From contig NHEF01000014.1 of the NCBI GenBank assembly GCA_002171615.1, positions 16,974 to 80,973 on the forward strand: 64,000 nucleotides of DNA. The letters are read 5' to 3'. A program made the position numbers and the translations under genes. Positions 1 through 11,977 of the stretch are shown one piece after another (the stretch's first letter is position 1; each line of letters opens with the position of its first letter). Below the pieces are notes generated by a model. That model was not told where the DNA came from. It saw only the letters and a program-made list of their open reading frames with translations, and searched no databases. Source of the DNA: Gammaproteobacteria bacterium TMED78. GTDB lineage: Bacteria; Pseudomonadota; Gammaproteobacteria; Steroidobacterales; Rariloculaceae.

Positions 1-3000
1 ATTAGGTAAAAGGGTTGATTATTCAGGTCGTTCTGTGATTGTAGTTGGCCCTACGCTTAGGCTATATCAATGTGGCTTACCTAAAAAATTAGCTTTGGAG
101 TTATTTAAGCCTTTTATTTTTGCCAAATTACAATTAAGGGGTGAAATTACAACAATTAAAGCCGCCAAAAGATTAGTGGAAAAGGAAGGGCCAGAGATAT
201 GGGATATTCTTGAAGATGTAATTAGAGAGCATCCAGTTTTACTAAATAGAGCTCCAACACTACATAGATTAGGCATACAAGCCTTTGAGCCAGTTTTAAT
301 TGAAGGTAAAGCTATACAACTTCACCCACTAGTTTGTACAGCTTTTAATGCAGATTTCGATGGTGATCAGATGGCAGTTCATGTACCTCTTTCCTTGGAT
401 GCTCAATTAGAAGCAAGAGCTCTAATGATGTCTAGTAATAATATTCTTTCCCCTGCGAATGGCGAGCCAATTATCGTTCCTTCGCAAGATGTTGTTTTAG
501 GTCTTTATTATATGACTCGGGAAAAAATTAATGCAAAAGGCGAAGGAATGATTTTTTCTTCTACAAAAGAAGTACATAGAGCTTATGAAAACTTTTGTGT
601 AGATCTTCATGCAATTATTAAACTAAGAATTAATGAGCAAGATTCTTCTGAAAATAAATCTTCGATAGTCGAGACTACTGTTGGTAGAGCTTTACTTTAT
701 GAAGTGCTTCCTAAGGGGCTATCTTTTGATTTAATTAATCGGTCTATGAATAAGAGAGCTATCTCCAATGTTATAAATTCTTGTTATAGACAGCTAGGTA
801 TAAAAAGTACAGTCATCTTTGCTGATCAGTTGATGTATACAGGATTTAATTACGCAACAATAGCAGGTGCTTCATTTGGTGTTGATGATATGGTTGTTCC
901 AGATCAGAAAGATGGAATTCTCGGTGATGCAGAGGCACAAGTAAAGGATATACAAGAGCAGTTTTTGTCTGGACTGGTAACTGATGGTGAAAGATATAAT
1001 AAAGTAGTTGATATCTGGTCAAGAACTAATGATCAAGTTGCGAAAGTTATGATGGAAAAATTGTCTCTAGAAAAAGTAAAGGATTCAGATGATAAGGAAG
1101 TAGATCAGGAATCTTTTAATTCTGTTTATATGATGGCAGATTCAGGAGCAAGAGGCTCTGCTGCACAAATTAGGCAATTAGCAGGAATGAGAGGTCTAAT
1201 GGCAAAGCCAGATGGGTCAATTATTGAGACACCTATAACTGCAAATTTCAGAGAGGGGCTTAATGTTCTTCAATATTTTATATCTACGCATGGGGCAAGG
1301 AAGGGTCTCGCTGATACGGCACTAAAGACAGCAAATTCAGGTTATTTAACTCGAAGATTAGTAGACGTAGCACAAGATTTGGTTGTTTCTGGGCTTGATT
1401 GCGGGACTAAAGAAGGCCTGCTCATGAAACCTTTAGTTGAAGAAGGAGATATTGTTGAGCCATTAAGAGAAAAAGTATTAGGTAGGGTTGCAGTTAAAGA
1501 TATTTTAAAACCCGGCTCTGAAGAAGTATTGTTTGAGTCTGGAAAATTGTTAGATGAAGATGCAGTTAAGATATTAGAGAATAATTCTGTTGATAACGTT
1601 TTTGTAAGATCTGCTATTACATGCGAAATGAGGCACGGTGTTTGTGCTTTATGCTATGGAAGAGATTTAGGAAGAGGTGATTTAGTAAATAAGGGAGAGG
1701 CTGTAGGAGTTATTGCTGCTCAATCAATTGGCGAACCAGGTACTCAATTGACTATGAGAACTTTTCATATTGGAGGAGCGGCCTCAAGGACAGCGGCTAA
1801 AAGTAGCGTTGAAATAAAGAATTCTGGAAGTATTAAGCTTCAAAATTTAAAAACAGTAGTGCACGAGACAGATGGATATTTAGTCTCAACTTCGCGTTCA
1901 GGTGAGATATGTGTTCTTGATGACTTTGGTGCTGAGCGAGAAAGATATAAATTACCTTATGGCGCAATAATAACCGTTAAAGATGGTGATAAAGTTAAGT
2001 CAGGTCAGGTAGTTGCATCTTGGGACCCTCATACACACCCAATTATTTCTGAAGTGAGTGGTAATATAGAATTTGAAGATTTTATCGATGATGTAACCAT
2101 TACTTCTCAGTTAGATGAGGTAACTGGTATTACCAGTACAGTAGTACTTGATTCATCAAAAAGAAGTTTAGGTTCTGACTATAAGCCTATTGCAAAGCTA
2201 GTAGACAAAAAAGGCAAGACTGTTTTCTTTCCTAATACTGAAATTCCTGCAATATATTCTTTAGCAGCAGGAGCTATCATAAGCAAAGAAAGTAAGTCAA
2301 AAATTGTTGTTGGTGATGTTTTGGCCAGATTACCTCAAGAAACGTCAAAGACAAGAGATATAACTGGAGGCTTACCTAGAGTAGCGGATCTTTTTGAAGC
2401 AAGAAAGCCAAAAGAATCTGCTATTCTTGCTGAAGCAACAGGTACAGCTAGTTTTGGTAAAGAGACTAAAGGAAAAAGAAGATTAGTAATTACCATGGAG
2501 GATGGAGAAACGTCTGAATTATTGATCCCTAAGTTCCGATATCTTAATGTTTTTGAGGGAGAAGGTGTTACTAAGGGGGAGGTTATAGCTGATGGAGAGC
2601 CAAATCCTCATGACGTACTTCGTCTACAAGGCATCGAAAGTCTAGCGGATTATCTTATTCACGAGGTTCAGGAGGTATATCGACTCCAAGGTGTAAAAAT
2701 TAATGACAAGCACATAGAGGTAATAATTAAACAAATGTTAAGAAAGGTAGAAATTACTAAACCTGGGGATAGTAAATATCTAAAAGGAGATCAGCTAGAG
2801 AAATCTAGATTGTTAGAGGAGAATGCTAAAATTGTGGCTAGAGGAAAAGAACCAGCAGAATTTGATCCTATTCTTCTTGGGATAACAAAAGCTTCTTTAG
2901 CTACAGAGTCTTTTATTTCTGCGGCTTCATTCCAGGAGACAACAAGAGTCTTGACCGAGGCTGCAGTTAAGGGTATCAAAGATGATCTTAGAGGTCTTAA

Positions 3001-3274
3001 GGAAAATGTAATAGTCGGAAGATTAATTCCTGCAGGTACAGGTTACGCCCATCATGAAGAATCCATTAGGAGTAATGAAGAAATCTTAGCAGAAGAGCTT
3101 AAAGAGTTAGATTCTGAATCTCAGGAAAGTAATGAAGAAATCTTAGCAGAAGAGCTTAAAGAGTTAGATTCTAAGTTTCAGGAAAATAGTGAAACGTCTG
3201 CGAGTATTGAGAAAGCAAGCGAACAGAGTGATGTTAGAGAGGGAGTGGGAGAAAATTCAGATGAGATTAATTAA
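1..3274 (+). CDS. rpoC: DNA-directed RNA polymerase beta-prime subunit, 5'-truncated by the window edge
   Basis: The frame is open from nt 2 ([17 protein letters not shown]), upstream of the ORF-track Met at 35. Contains the catalytic [14 protein letters not shown] loop, the trigger-loop region (HIGGAA ... [13 protein letters not shown]) and [10 protein letters not shown] near the C-terminus. Followed by rpsL-rpsG-fusA. Confidence 0.98.
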   Translation, partial: LGKRVDYSGRSVIVVGPTLRLYQCGLPKKLALELFKPFIFAKLQLRGEITTIKAAKRLVEKEGPEIWDILEDVIREHPVLLNRAPTLHRLGIQAFEPVLIEGKAIQLHPLVCTAFNADFDGDQMAVHVPLSLDAQLEARALMMSSNNILSPANGEPIIVPSQDVVLGLYYMTREKINAKGEGMIFSSTKEVHRAYENFCVDLHAIIKLRINEQDSSENKSSIVETTVGRALLYEVLPKGLSFDLINRSMNKRAISNVINSCYRQLGIKSTVIFADQLMYTGFNYATIAGASFGVDDMVVPDQKDGILGDAEAQVKDIQEQFLSGLVTDGERYNKVVDIWSRTNDQVAKVMMEKLSLEKVKDSDDKEVDQESFNSVYMMADSGARGSAAQIRQLAGMRGLMAKPDGSIIETPITANFREGLNVLQYFISTHGARKGLADTALKTANSGYLTRRLVDVAQDLVVSGLDCGTKEGLLMKPLVEEGDIVEPLREKVLGRVAVKDILKPGSEEVLFESGKLLDEDAVKILENNSVDNVFVRSAITCEMRHGVCALCYGRDLGRGDLVNKGEAVGVIAAQSIGEPGTQLTMRTFHIGGAASRTAAKSSVEIKNSGSIKLQNLKTVVHETDGYLVSTSRSGEICVLDDFGAERERYKLPYGAIITVKDGDKVKSGQVVASWDPHTHPIISEVSGNIEFEDFIDDVTITSQLDEVTGITSTVVLDSSKRSLGSDYKPIAKLVDKKGKTVFFPNTEIPAIYSLAAGAIISKESKSKIVVGDVLARLPQETSKTRDITGGLPRVADLFEARKPKESAILAEATGTASFGKETKGKRRLVITMEDGETSELLIPKFRYLNVFEGEGVTKGEVIADGEPNPHDVLRLQGIESLADYLIHEVQEVYRLQGVKINDKHIEVIIKQMLRKVEITKPGDSKYLKGDQLEKSRLLEENAKIVARGKEPAEFDPILLGITKASLATESFISAASFQETTRVLTEAAVKGIKDDLRGLKENVIVGRLIPAGTGYAHHEESIRSNEEILAEELKELDSESQESNEEILAEELKELDSKFQENSETSASIEKASEQSDVREGVGENSDEIN
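3071..3184 (+). repeat. Two tandem 57-bp copies inside the rpoC 3' tail, encoding a 19-aa acidic repeat [17 protein letters not shown]
   Basis: Copy 1 is 3071-3127 and copy 2 is 3128-3184. They differ only in GAATCT versus AAGTTT (3 substitutions), are in frame and uninterrupted. Confidence 0.95.
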
Positions 3275-3300
3275 AAATAGTAAATTTTTTAATAATTTAG

Positions 3301-3330
3301 TTGACAGCTTAATGCTGAGAACAATAGAAT
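3301..3330 (+). promoter_or_regulatory. Candidate sigma70 promoter of the str operon
   Basis: TTGACA at 3301-3306 and TAGAAT at 3325-3330 with an 18-nt spacer, about 38 nt upstream of the rpsL ATG. Motif match only. Confidence 0.45.
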
Positions 3331-3367
3331 GCCGCGCTCATCTTCTTTTTATTTAATTTAAAATATT

Positions 3368-3742
3368 ATGGCTACAACGAATCAATTAGTTAAAAGACCA
3401 AGGTCTGTTAAGAGGGCAAAGAGTAATGTACCCGCTCTATCTTCATCTCCTCAGAAAAGAGGTGTTTGTACGCGTGTTTATACTACTACTCCTAAGAAAC
3501 CGAACTCTGCAATGAGAAAAGTAGCCAGAGTTAGGCTTACAAACGGTTTTGAGGTAACTAGCTATATAGGAGGAGAGGGGCATAATCTTCAAGAGCATTC
3601 AGTAGTTCTGATTCGTGGAGGAAGGGTGAAAGACCTTCCTGGAGTAAGGTACCATGTAGTTAGAGGAACGCTTGATTGTTCAGGTATTGATAACAGAAGA
3701 AACGGTAGATCAAAGTATGGATCTAAGAAACCAAAAAATTAA
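3368..3742 (+). CDS. rpsL: 30S ribosomal protein S12
   Basis: 124 aa with [11 protein letters not shown] and KDLPGVRYH motifs. First gene of the str operon order. Confidence 0.98.
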   Translation: MATTNQLVKRPRSVKRAKSNVPALSSSPQKRGVCTRVYTTTPKKPNSAMRKVARVRLTNGFEVTSYIGGEGHNLQEHSVVLIRGGRVKDLPGVRYHVVRGTLDCSGIDNRRNGRSKYGSKKPKN

Positions 3743-4237
<495 letters not shown>

Positions 4238-4257
4238 TAAATTAAAGGATTATCAAA

Positions 4258-6351
4258 GTGGCAAGACAAACACCTATTGAAAGATATAGAAATATTGGAA
4301 TTATGGCTCATATAGATGCTGGTAAAACAACAACTACCGAGAGGGTTCTTTTTTATACAGGGGTCTCACATAAAATAGGTGAAGTTCATGATGGTGCGGC
4401 AACAATGGACTGGATGGAGCAAGAGCAAGAGAGGGGTATAACAATAACTTCAGCCGCTACAACTTGTTTTTGGAAAGGGATGGACCAGTCTCTAGAAGAG
4501 CATAGAATAAATATTATAGATACTCCGGGGCACGTCGACTTTACGATAGAGGTAGAAAGAAGCTTAAAGGTTTTAGATGGCGCTGTGGCTGTTTTTTGTG
4601 CAGTTGGGGGTGTTGAGCCACAATCAGAAACGGTTTGGCGGCAAGCAAATAAATATAATGTTCCAAGACTTGCATTTGTGAATAAAATGGATAGAGCTGG
4701 AGCAGATTTTTTGCGCGTAGTGTCACATATAGAGGAAAGATTAAATGCTATGCCCATAGTTATGCAGTTACCAATAGGAGCTGAAGATAATTTTGAAGGC
4801 GTAATTGATTTAGTAAAGATGAAGGCTATTGCCTGGGATGATAGCACCCAAGGGTTAAAATTTAAGGAAGAAGAAATACCTGAATCTATGAGAGAAGATG
4901 CAGATGAGTGGCGTGAAAAGCTATTAGAGTCTGCAGCCGAAGGAGATGAGGGTTTATTAGATAAGTATCTTGATGAAGGTAACCTAAGTGAAGAGGATAT
5001 TAAGAAAGGAATAAGACTTAGATGTTTATCAGGAGAAGTGACCCCAGTTCTTTGTGGCTCTGCATTTAAAAACAAAGGGGTGCAGGCTGTATTAGATGCT
5101 GTGATTGATTTTTTACCTTCACCTCCTGAAAGACCAGCCATTAGGGGGATCTTAAGTGATGATTCTGAAGGCGAGAGAGAGTCATCAGATGATGCTCCAT
5201 TTTCTTCATTGGCTTTCAAAATAGCTACAGATCCATTTGTTGGGAACCTAACTTTTTTCAGAGTTTATTCAGGCGTTCTTTCTTCAGGTGATTTTGTTTA
5301 TAACCCAATTAAAGATAAAAAAGAAAGAATTGGAAGAATACTTCAAATGCATTCTAATGATCGAGAGGAGATTAAGGAGGTTAGAGCAGGAGATATAGCT
5401 GCTGCTGTTGGCCTGAAAGATGTTACTACTGGAGATAGTTTAGTAGACCCAAGTAATTCCATTGTCCTAGAAAGAATGGAGTTTCCAGAACCAGTTATTT
5501 CTGTGGCAGTTGAACCAAAAACAAAGAGCGATCAAGAAAAAATGGGAATTGCTCTTAGCAAGCTATCTAAAGAGGACCCATCTTTTAGAGTAAAGACAGA
5601 TGAAGAAACTGCTCAAACCATTATATCTGGTATGGGTGAATTACATCTAGAAATTATTGTCGATAGAATGAAGAGAGAATTCAGCGTTGAAGCAAATGTA
5701 GGTAAGCCTCAAGTTGCTTATAGAGAAACTATAAGGTCTTCTGTTGAACAAGAGGGAAAGTTTGTTCGTCAAAGTGGTGGACGCGGACAGTATGGGCATG
5801 TTTGGCTTAGGATAGAGCCACTTCCCGCGGGATCTGGTTATGAATTTTTAAATGAAATCGTCGGTGGTGTAGTTCCAAGAGAATATATTTCTGCTGTGGA
5901 CAAGGGAATACAAGAACAAATGACAAATGGTGTAATAGCTGGTTATCCAGTAGTTGATTGTAGAGTGGCACTTTATGACGGATCTTATCATGATGTTGAT
6001 TCAAGCGAAGTTGCATTTAAGATTGCTGCTTCTATGTCATTTAAAGACGGAGCATCTAAAGCCAAGCCAGTTTTGCTAGAGCCTATTATGAGTGTTGAGG
6101 TAGTGACGCCAGAGGACTATATGGGCGACGTTAATGGTGATTTAAGCCGAAGAAGAGGAGTTCTACAAGGCTTAGAAGATTCCCCTGCAGGAAAAATAAT
6201 AAAAGCTGAAGTTCCTCTAGCGGAGATGTTCGGTTATGCTACAGATCTTAGGTCAATGAGCCAAGGAAGGGCAACGTATACTATGGAATTTGATAAGTAT
6301 GATCATGTCCCAACTAATGTTGCAGATACAGTAATTAAAGATAGAAAATAA
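4258..6351 (+). CDS. fusA: Elongation factor G
   Basis: 697 aa with a GTG start. GTPase motifs [17 protein letters not shown] and NKMD; EF-G domains III-V are recognisable. Confidence 0.98.
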   Translation: MARQTPIERYRNIGIMAHIDAGKTTTTERVLFYTGVSHKIGEVHDGAATMDWMEQEQERGITITSAATTCFWKGMDQSLEEHRINIIDTPGHVDFTIEVERSLKVLDGAVAVFCAVGGVEPQSETVWRQANKYNVPRLAFVNKMDRAGADFLRVVSHIEERLNAMPIVMQLPIGAEDNFEGVIDLVKMKAIAWDDSTQGLKFKEEEIPESMREDADEWREKLLESAAEGDEGLLDKYLDEGNLSEEDIKKGIRLRCLSGEVTPVLCGSAFKNKGVQAVLDAVIDFLPSPPERPAIRGILSDDSEGERESSDDAPFSSLAFKIATDPFVGNLTFFRVYSGVLSSGDFVYNPIKDKKERIGRILQMHSNDREEIKEVRAGDIAAAVGLKDVTTGDSLVDPSNSIVLERMEFPEPVISVAVEPKTKSDQEKMGIALSKLSKEDPSFRVKTDEETAQTIISGMGELHLEIIVDRMKREFSVEANVGKPQVAYRETIRSSVEQEGKFVRQSGGRGQYGHVWLRIEPLPAGSGYEFLNEIVGGVVPREYISAVDKGIQEQMTNGVIAGYPVVDCRVALYDGSYHDVDSSEVAFKIAASMSFKDGASKAKPVLLEPIMSVEVVTPEDYMGDVNGDLSRRRGVLQGLEDSPAGKIIKAEVPLAEMFGYATDLRSMSQGRATYTMEFDKYDHVPTNVADTVIKDRK

Positions 6352-6376
6352 CATGATCAAATTTTAAGGAAGATAT

Positions 6377-6688
6377 ATGACTAACCAAAATATAAGAATT
6401 CGCTTGAAAGCTTTTGATCATAGGCTTATTGATAGATCTGCTTCTGAGATTGTTGAGACTGCAAAAAGAACAGGAGCAACAGTAAGAGGGCCGGTTCCTC
6501 TACCTACTAAAATTGAAAGGTATACGATACTTACTTCACCTCATGTAAATAAAGATGCTCGTGATCAATATGAGTTGCTAACTCATAAGCGTCTTATGGA
6601 TATCTTAGATCCAACAGATAAGACTGTTGATGCTTTAATGAGACTTGAGCTGCCAGCTGGGGTCGACGTACAAATTAAGTTGAATTAA
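6377..6688 (+). CDS. rpsJ: 30S ribosomal protein S10
   Basis: 103 aa, [14 protein letters not shown] ... [12 protein letters not shown]. Starts only 25 nt after the fusA stop. Confidence 0.98.
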   Translation: MTNQNIRIRLKAFDHRLIDRSASEIVETAKRTGATVRGPVPLPTKIERYTILTSPHVNKDARDQYELLTHKRLMDILDPTDKTVDALMRLELPAGVDVQIKLN

Positions 6689-6901
6689 TAATTTGACCAT
6701 AAAAATCATTATGTTAGAATTGTTCGCTTGTCTCTGAGTTAAATTCTCGGGCAATATATATTTTAATTACTGGGTAGCTTGATTAGGAGGGGTTACGCTT
6801 CTAATAAGTTTTTTTGCCAGATCAGATTTCTGAAATGGCTGAAGCGCTGAAAAAAAAGTGGTCATTTTTTTAGTTTTGGCGCGGATATGAGGGAAAAATA
6901 A
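6689..6901 (+). promoter_or_regulatory. Atypical 213-nt rpsJ-rplC spacer with a promoter-like element, a hairpin plus T-tract and a mini-ORF (candidate leader/attenuator)
   Basis: TTGACC (6693-6698), 16 nt, TAGAAT (6715-6720). 8-bp hairpin ATTAGGAG/CTTCTAAT (6782-6805), then T7 at 6809-6815. 12-codon ORF at 6835-6873. GAGGGA Shine-Dalgarno before the rplC ATG. Confidence 0.4.
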
Positions 6902-7549
6902 ATGCCTATCGGTCTAGTGGGTCGTAAGTGTGGTATGACTCGAATTTTTACTAAAACGGGAGATTCTATTCCAGTTACTGTTATAGAAGCACTGCCTAAT
7001 CGTGTCAGTCAAATTAAAACTAATGACACTGATGGCTATGATGCGATTCAGGTAACTTTTGGTAAGAAAAATCCAAATAAATTAACAAAATCTAGTTTAG
7101 GTCATTTTAGTAAGTCTGGCATTGAGCCTGGTGAAGGCCTATGGGAATTTAGGTTAGAGACAAATAATGAAAAAGAGATAGAGCTAGGTTCAGATTTAAA
7201 GGTCGATATTTTTGAGAGTGGAGAAAAGATAGATGTTACTGGGACATCTAAAGGAAAGGGCTTTGCAGGTGGAGTTAAGAGACATAACTTTAAAACGCAA
7301 GACGCTACTCATGGAAATTCTTTGGCTCATAGAGCTCCAGGATCAATTGGTCAGAATCAAACCCCTGGAAGAGGATTTAAGGGAAAAAAGATGGCTGGAC
7401 AAATGGGGAATGTTCGTCGGACAGTATCAAATTTAGAAATTATAAAAATTGATAAAGAAAAAAATTTACTAATGATTAAAGGCGGCGTCCCTGGAGCACC
7501 TGGAGGCTATTTGTTAGTCCGCTCTTCGCAGAGAGGTAAGGTATCATGA
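6902..7549 (+). CDS. rplC: 50S ribosomal protein L3
   Basis: 215 aa with the N-terminus [17 protein letters not shown]10-operon order. Confidence 0.98.
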   Translation: MPIGLVGRKCGMTRIFTKTGDSIPVTVIEALPNRVSQIKTNDTDGYDAIQVTFGKKNPNKLTKSSLGHFSKSGIEPGEGLWEFRLETNNEKEIELGSDLKVDIFESGEKIDVTGTSKGKGFAGGVKRHNFKTQDATHGNSLAHRAPGSIGQNQTPGRGFKGKKMAGQMGNVRRTVSNLEIIKIDKEKNLLMIKGGVPGAPGGYLLVRSSQRGKVS

Positions 7550-8154
7550 AGCTCAATGTAGAAGGAGCCAAGCAGTCAAGTTTTAATTTAGCGGATTCAA
7601 CTTTTGGGATACCCTATAATGAGCCATTAATTCATCAAGTTGTAACTTCGTATTTATCAACAGCACGTTCTGGTACTAAAGCTCAGAAAACTCGATCAGA
7701 GGTTAGTGGCGGAGGGGCAAAGCCATGGAATCAAAAAGGTACAGGTAGAGCTAGAGCTGGAACTATTAGAAGCCCTATTTTTACTGGTGGTGGACAAATA
7801 TTTGCAGCTAAGCCAAGAAGTTTCGCAAAAAAAGTAAATAGAAAAATGTACCGTAATGCCATGAAGTCAGTCCTCTCAGAGCTTATTAGACAGGATAGGC
7901 TGACAGTTTTTCAAGATTTTAATTTGCTAGAGCCAAAGACAAAATTATTAAAAAATAAATTAGATTCTTTAGGCTTAAGTAATGTTTTGATTGTTGTAGA
8001 GGCCCTAGATAAAAATCTTTTACTTGCTTCTAGAAACCTTATTAATGTAAATGTTTTAGAGACTAATTCTATTGATATTGTAAGCTTAATTGGTCACGAG
8101 AAAGTTGTTATAACTCTGCCTGCAATAAAACTGCTAGAGGAGAAGCTTTCATGA
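7546..8154 (+). CDS. rplD: 50S ribosomal protein L4
   Basis: 202 aa with [20 protein letters not shown] overlap with the rplC stop. Confidence 0.98.
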   Translation: MKLNVEGAKQSSFNLADSTFGIPYNEPLIHQVVTSYLSTARSGTKAQKTRSEVSGGGAKPWNQKGTGRARAGTIRSPIFTGGGQIFAAKPRSFAKKVNRKMYRNAMKSVLSELIRQDRLTVFQDFNLLEPKTKLLKNKLDSLGLSNVLIVVEALDKNLLLASRNLINVNVLETNSIDIVSLIGHEKVVITLPAIKLLEEKLS

Positions 8155-8459
8155 GCTCAACAATGCGTCAGGAGTACCTATTTAAGATAATTGATGTTCC
8201 TCATATTTCAGAGAAATCTTCATTCATTTCTGAAAAAAGCAATCAGGTTGTATTTAAGGTTAATCCGACTGCCACTAAAAAAGAAATTAAAGAAGCGGTT
8301 GAAATGTATTTTGAGGTTAAAGTAGAAAATGTGACTGTTATGAATATGAAAGGTAAGGAAAGAAGGCATGGCCAAACAAAAGGGAGGCTTAAGTCATGGA
8401 AGAAAGCCTACGTTAAGCTTTCTAAAGATGACAGTATTGATTTTAGTTCTAGTGCATAG
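8151..8459 (+). CDS. rplW: 50S ribosomal protein L23
   Basis: 102 aa with PHISEKS ... WKKAYV. ATGA overlap with rplD. Confidence 0.97.
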   Translation: MSSTMRQEYLFKIIDVPHISEKSSFISEKSNQVVFKVNPTATKKEIKEAVEMYFEVKVENVTVMNMKGKERRHGQTKGRLKSWKKAYVKLSKDDSIDFSSSA

Positions 8460-8480
8460 TTTTTATTTATTAGGTGAACA

Positions 8481-9308
8481 ATGGCTTTAAGAAAATCTAA
8501 ACCAACATCTCCAGGCTCACGATTTGTGATTAAGCCAATAAGAGATGATTTATATAAGGGAAAACCTCACTCACCTCTAGTTACGTCTAAATCAAGTACT
8601 GGAGGAAGAAATAGTAGTGGGAGAATAACTACAAGACATAAAGGGGGCGGTCATAAAAGAAATCTTCGTGCTATCGACTTCAAAAGAGATAAGGATAGCA
8701 TCCCCGGAAAGGTTGAGAGGATTGAATATGATCCTAATAGAAGCGCTAATATAGCCCTTATTCTTTATGCTGATGGAGAAAGGAGATATATACTTGCTCC
8801 AAAAAATACAAAGCCAGGTGATAGTATTCAGTCAGGCTTAGGATCACCTATTAAGCCAGGTAATTCTTTGCCTTTAAAGAATATACCAGTTGGGACACTT
8901 ATCCATTGTGTAGAAATGAAACCTGGCAAAGGAGGCCAAATTGCTAGGAGTGCTGGCGGTTCCGCACAGTTAGTTGCTAGGGAAGGAAGTTATGCAACCA
9001 TAAGGCTAAAGTCAGGAGAAATGAGGAAGATTCATATTGATTGTAAAGGAACAGTTGGTGAAGTAGGGAATTATGAACATAATCTTGTAAAACTAGGAAA
9101 GGCAGGTGCTAATAGATGGAGAGGTGTTCGACCTACTGTAAGAGGAGTTGCTATGAATCCTATCGATCATCCTCACGGCGGTGGAGAGGGTAGAACTTCA
9201 GGAGGTAGGCATCCAGTTTCACCATGGGGCGTCCCATCCAAAGGGTTCAAGACTAGAAGCAATAAAAGAACAACTAATATGATAGTAAGAAATAGAAATA
9301 AAAAGTAA
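8481..9308 (+). CDS. rplB: 50S ribosomal protein L2
   Basis: 275 aa with RHKGGGHKR and HPHGGGEG motifs. Confidence 0.98.
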   Translation: MALRKSKPTSPGSRFVIKPIRDDLYKGKPHSPLVTSKSSTGGRNSSGRITTRHKGGGHKRNLRAIDFKRDKDSIPGKVERIEYDPNRSANIALILYADGERRYILAPKNTKPGDSIQSGLGSPIKPGNSLPLKNIPVGTLIHCVEMKPGKGGQIARSAGGSAQLVAREGSYATIRLKSGEMRKIHIDCKGTVGEVGNYEHNLVKLGKAGANRWRGVRPTVRGVAMNPIDHPHGGGEGRTSGGRHPVSPWGVPSKGFKTRSNKRTTNMIVRNRNKK

Positions 9309-9320
9309 TAGGAAAACTTT

Positions 9321-9593
9321 ATGCCGAGATCACTTAAGAAAGGACCATTTGTAGATAATCACCTTATGATAAAGGTAGATAGAGCTGTGGCTAGCAATGA
9401 TAGGAAGCCTATTAAGACATGGTCAAGGCGATCAATGGTAGTGCCTGAAATGGTTGGACTTACTATATCTGTACATAATGGAAGGCAGCATGTCCCCGTC
9501 CTGATTTCAGAAAATATGGTGGGTCATAAGTTAGGCGAGTTCGCTGTAACTAGAACTTTTAGAGGCCATTCTGGCGATAGAAAGGCTAAGTAG
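9321..9593 (+). CDS. rpsS: 30S ribosomal protein S19
   Basis: 90 aa, [12 protein letters not shown] ... GHKLGEF. Confidence 0.98.
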   Translation: MPRSLKKGPFVDNHLMIKVDRAVASNDRKPIKTWSRRSMVVPEMVGLTISVHNGRQHVPVLISENMVGHKLGEFAVTRTFRGHSGDRKAK

Positions 9594-9607
9594 GTTTGGG
9601 TGATCTT

Positions 9608-9943
9608 ATGGAAACTAAAGCAACTTTAAGATATGCCAAGATCTCACCACAAAAATGTAGGTTAGTGGCTGATCAAATAAGAGGTAAGTCAGTTTCTCAT
9701 GCACTTGATGTTCTGAAATTTAGCTCAAAAAAAGCATCACATTTAATTTTAAAAATTTTAGAGTCAGCAATAGCAAATGCAGAAAATAATAATGGAGCGG
9801 ATATTGACGATTTGACAGTTTCTTCAGTTATGGTTGGGGATGCTCCTTCTTTCACAAGATTTAGGGCTCGTGCTAAAGGCCGAGGTAATCAAATAATCAA
9901 AAGAAATAGCCATATTACGGTAAGAGTTTCTAGTAAGGAATAA
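9608..9943 (+). CDS. rplV: 50S ribosomal protein L22
   Basis: The ATG at 9608 gives [26 protein letters not shown], the usual L22 N-terminus. The ORF-track TTG at 9596 is judged a spurious extension. Confidence 0.96.
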   Translation: METKATLRYAKISPQKCRLVADQIRGKSVSHALDVLKFSSKKASHLILKILESAIANAENNNGADIDDLTVSSVMVGDAPSFTRFRARAKGRGNQIIKRNSHITVRVSSKE

Positions 9944-9945
9944 TT

Positions 9946-10638
9946 ATGGGACAAAAAGTTCATCCAGTAGGAATTAGATTAGGCATAACTAAAGATTGGT
10001 CATCTAGATGGTATGCGTCATCTAAAGATTTCCCTAATTTTGTTTACCAAGATCACAAAATTAGAGAGTTTCTTAAACAGAAATTAAAAGATGCCTCTGT
10101 GAGTAAGATACAAATTGATAGACCTGCTAATAAAGCAAATATAACTATTTATACAGCTAGACCAGGTATCGTTATAGGAAAAAAAGGAGAGGATATAGAG
10201 AGCCTCCGAATAAAGGTAGCAGAATTTTTAGGGATGGTTTTGCCAGATGTAAGATTAAATATTGCAGAAATAAGAAAACCAGAGATAGACGCACAATTAG
10301 TTGCCGAAGGAATAGCTCAGCAATTAGAAAAACGAATTCAGTATAGAAGAGCTATGAAAAGAGCAGTTACAAATACAATGAGGATAGGTGCAGGCGGCAT
10401 AAAAGTAAGAGTTTCAGGAAGGCTGAATGGGGCTGAAATTGCTAGATCTGAGTGGTATAGAGAAGGCAGGATTCCGCTTCATACTTTTAGAGCTAATATT
10501 GATTATGGTCTAGCAGAGGCAAAAACTACTTACGGCATTATCGGTGTTAAGGTTTGGATTTTTAATGGTGAGGTTTTTGACTCTTCTGAATTAGATACAA
10601 ATGTAAGTAAAGTTTCAACTAATCTTAAGGCCGAGTGA
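9946..10638 (+). CDS. rpsC: 30S ribosomal protein S3
   Basis: 230 aa, [16 protein letters not shown]-domain GKKGEDIE. Confidence 0.98.
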   Translation: MGQKVHPVGIRLGITKDWSSRWYASSKDFPNFVYQDHKIREFLKQKLKDASVSKIQIDRPANKANITIYTARPGIVIGKKGEDIESLRIKVAEFLGMVLPDVRLNIAEIRKPEIDAQLVAEGIAQQLEKRIQYRRAMKRAVTNTMRIGAGGIKVRVSGRLNGAEIARSEWYREGRIPLHTFRANIDYGLAEAKTTYGIIGVKVWIFNGEVFDSSELDTNVSKVSTNLKAE

Positions 10639-10639
10639 G

Positions 10640-11053
10640 ATGCTACAACCAAAAAGAACAAAATTTAGAAAACAGCATAAGGGGAGAAATAGAGGTCTCG
10701 CCCAAAGAGCTAATAGCATAGATTTTGGTGAATATGGTCTCAAAGCTGTTACTAGGGGCCGATTAACTTCTCGACAGATTGAGGCAGCCAGAAGGGCAAT
10801 GACTCGTCATATCAAAAGAGGAGGGAAAATTTGGATAAGAGTTTTTCCTGATAAACCAATTACAAAGAAGCCTTTGGAGGTTAGACAAGGTAAAGGTAAG
10901 GGTAATGTTGAATACTGGGTAGCACTGATTCAGCCTGGAAGCATTCTCTATGAAATGTCAGGGGTAGACGAAGTAGTAGCGAGAGAGGCTTTAGATAGAG
11001 CTGCAGCAAAGCTACCAGTAGAAACCATTTTTGTTGCGAGGCATGCATCATAA
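10640..11053 (+). CDS. rplP: 50S ribosomal protein L16
   Basis: 137 aa, [19 protein letters not shown]. Confidence 0.98.
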   Translation: MLQPKRTKFRKQHKGRNRGLAQRANSIDFGEYGLKAVTRGRLTSRQIEAARRAMTRHIKRGGKIWIRVFPDKPITKKPLEVRQGKGKGNVEYWVALIQPGSILYEMSGVDEVVAREALDRAAAKLPVETIFVARHAS

Positions 11054-11262
11054 TGAAAATAAATGAATTAAGAGATATGAAAGATATATTGCTTGAGAAA
11101 GAATTGCTCAAGCTAAGAAAAGAGCAATTTGAGCTTAGAGTACAGTCAGCATCTGGTCAGGGATCAAAACCAAATCTTTTTGGAAAAATAAGAAAAGATA
11201 TAGCTAGAATTAAGACTATACAAAAGGAGCGTAAAATTTTATTGAAGGATGGAAAGGGTTAG
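11053..11262 (+). CDS. rpmC: 50S ribosomal protein L29
   Basis: 69 aa. TAATG overlap with the rplP stop; L29-like helical sequence [11 protein letters not shown]. Confidence 0.95.
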   Translation: MKINELRDMKDILLEKELLKLRKEQFELRVQSASGQGSKPNLFGKIRKDIARIKTIQKERKILLKDGKG

Positions 11263-11266
11263 TTTT

Positions 11267-11578
11267 ATGCAAGAACAAGAGACTACTGAAAATATTATTG
11301 CTCCTGAGCATGATAAAGATAGAAAAATTTCTTCTAGAACTTTATCAGGTAAGGTTATTAGTAATGCTTCAGATAAGGGGGTGTCAGTAGCAATAGAAAG
11401 GCTAATAAAGCATCCTGTTTATAGAAAATTTATCAAGAGAACAACAAAAGTTTTAGCACATGATCCTGATAATTCATGTGATGTTGGAGACTTTGTTTCT
11501 ATTAAAGAAATTAAACCAGTTTCTAAACATAAATCTTGGCAAGTTGTAGAAGTTTTAAAGTCAGTTAGTACTAAATAA
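11267..11578 (+). CDS. rpsQ: 30S ribosomal protein S17 with an N-terminal extension of about 18 aa
   Basis: The ATG at 11267 lies 4 nt after the rpmC stop. The core [10 protein letters not shown] ... [13 protein letters not shown] ... KSWQVVEV is S17. The ORF-track start at 11249 overlaps rpmC and is less likely. Confidence 0.93.
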   Translation: MQEQETTENIIAPEHDKDRKISSRTLSGKVISNASDKGVSVAIERLIKHPVYRKFIKRTTKVLAHDPDNSCDVGDFVSIKEIKPVSKHKSWQVVEVLKSVSTK

Positions 11579-11600
11579 ATTTAATTAAAGGTTTTTACTT

Positions 11601-11969
11601 ATGATTCAAACAGAAACTATATTAAATGCAGCTGATAATAGTGGAGCTAGAAGAGTGATGTGTATAAAGGTACTCGGAGGCTCAAAGAGAAGATATGCTT
11701 CTATTGGAGATATTATTAAAGTAGCCGTAAAAGACGCTATTCCTAGGGGGAGAGTTAAAAAAGGGGAAATTTATAACGCCGTAGTAGTAAGAACAAGCTT
11801 TGGTGTTAGAAGGTCAGATGGCTCTTTAATTCGCTTTGATAAAAATGCAGCAGTTTTGCTTAATGCTCGACATGAGCCAGTAGGTACAAGAATTTTTGGC
11901 CCCGTAACCCGTGAGCTAAGATCTAGTAAGTTTATGAAAATTATTTCTTTGGCACCCGAAGTTTTATAG
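11601..11969 (+). CDS. rplN: 50S ribosomal protein L14
   Basis: 122 aa, [17 protein letters not shown]. Confidence 0.98.
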   Translation: MIQTETILNAADNSGARRVMCIKVLGGSKRRYASIGDIIKVAVKDAIPRGRVKKGEIYNAVVVRTSFGVRRSDGSLIRFDKNAAVLLNARHEPVGTRIFGPVTRELRSSKFMKIISLAPEVL

Positions 11970-11977
11970 GATTGGTT

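Noticed and set aside
4386-5219. 277-aa ORF antisense to fusA, strikingly long for an AT-rich genome.
   Set aside because: It lies entirely within the well-supported EF-G gene. Its product is low-complexity and Ser-rich with no recognisable motif, start context or Shine-Dalgarno. Long shadow ORFs opposite highly expressed, codon-biased genes are a known artefact.
6835-6873. 12-codon mini-ORF MAEALKKKWSFF in the rpsJ-rplC spacer, considered as a leader peptide.
   Set aside because: It has no convincing Shine-Dalgarno upstream and no run of regulatory codons. I keep it only as a descriptive element of the spacer, not as a gene call.
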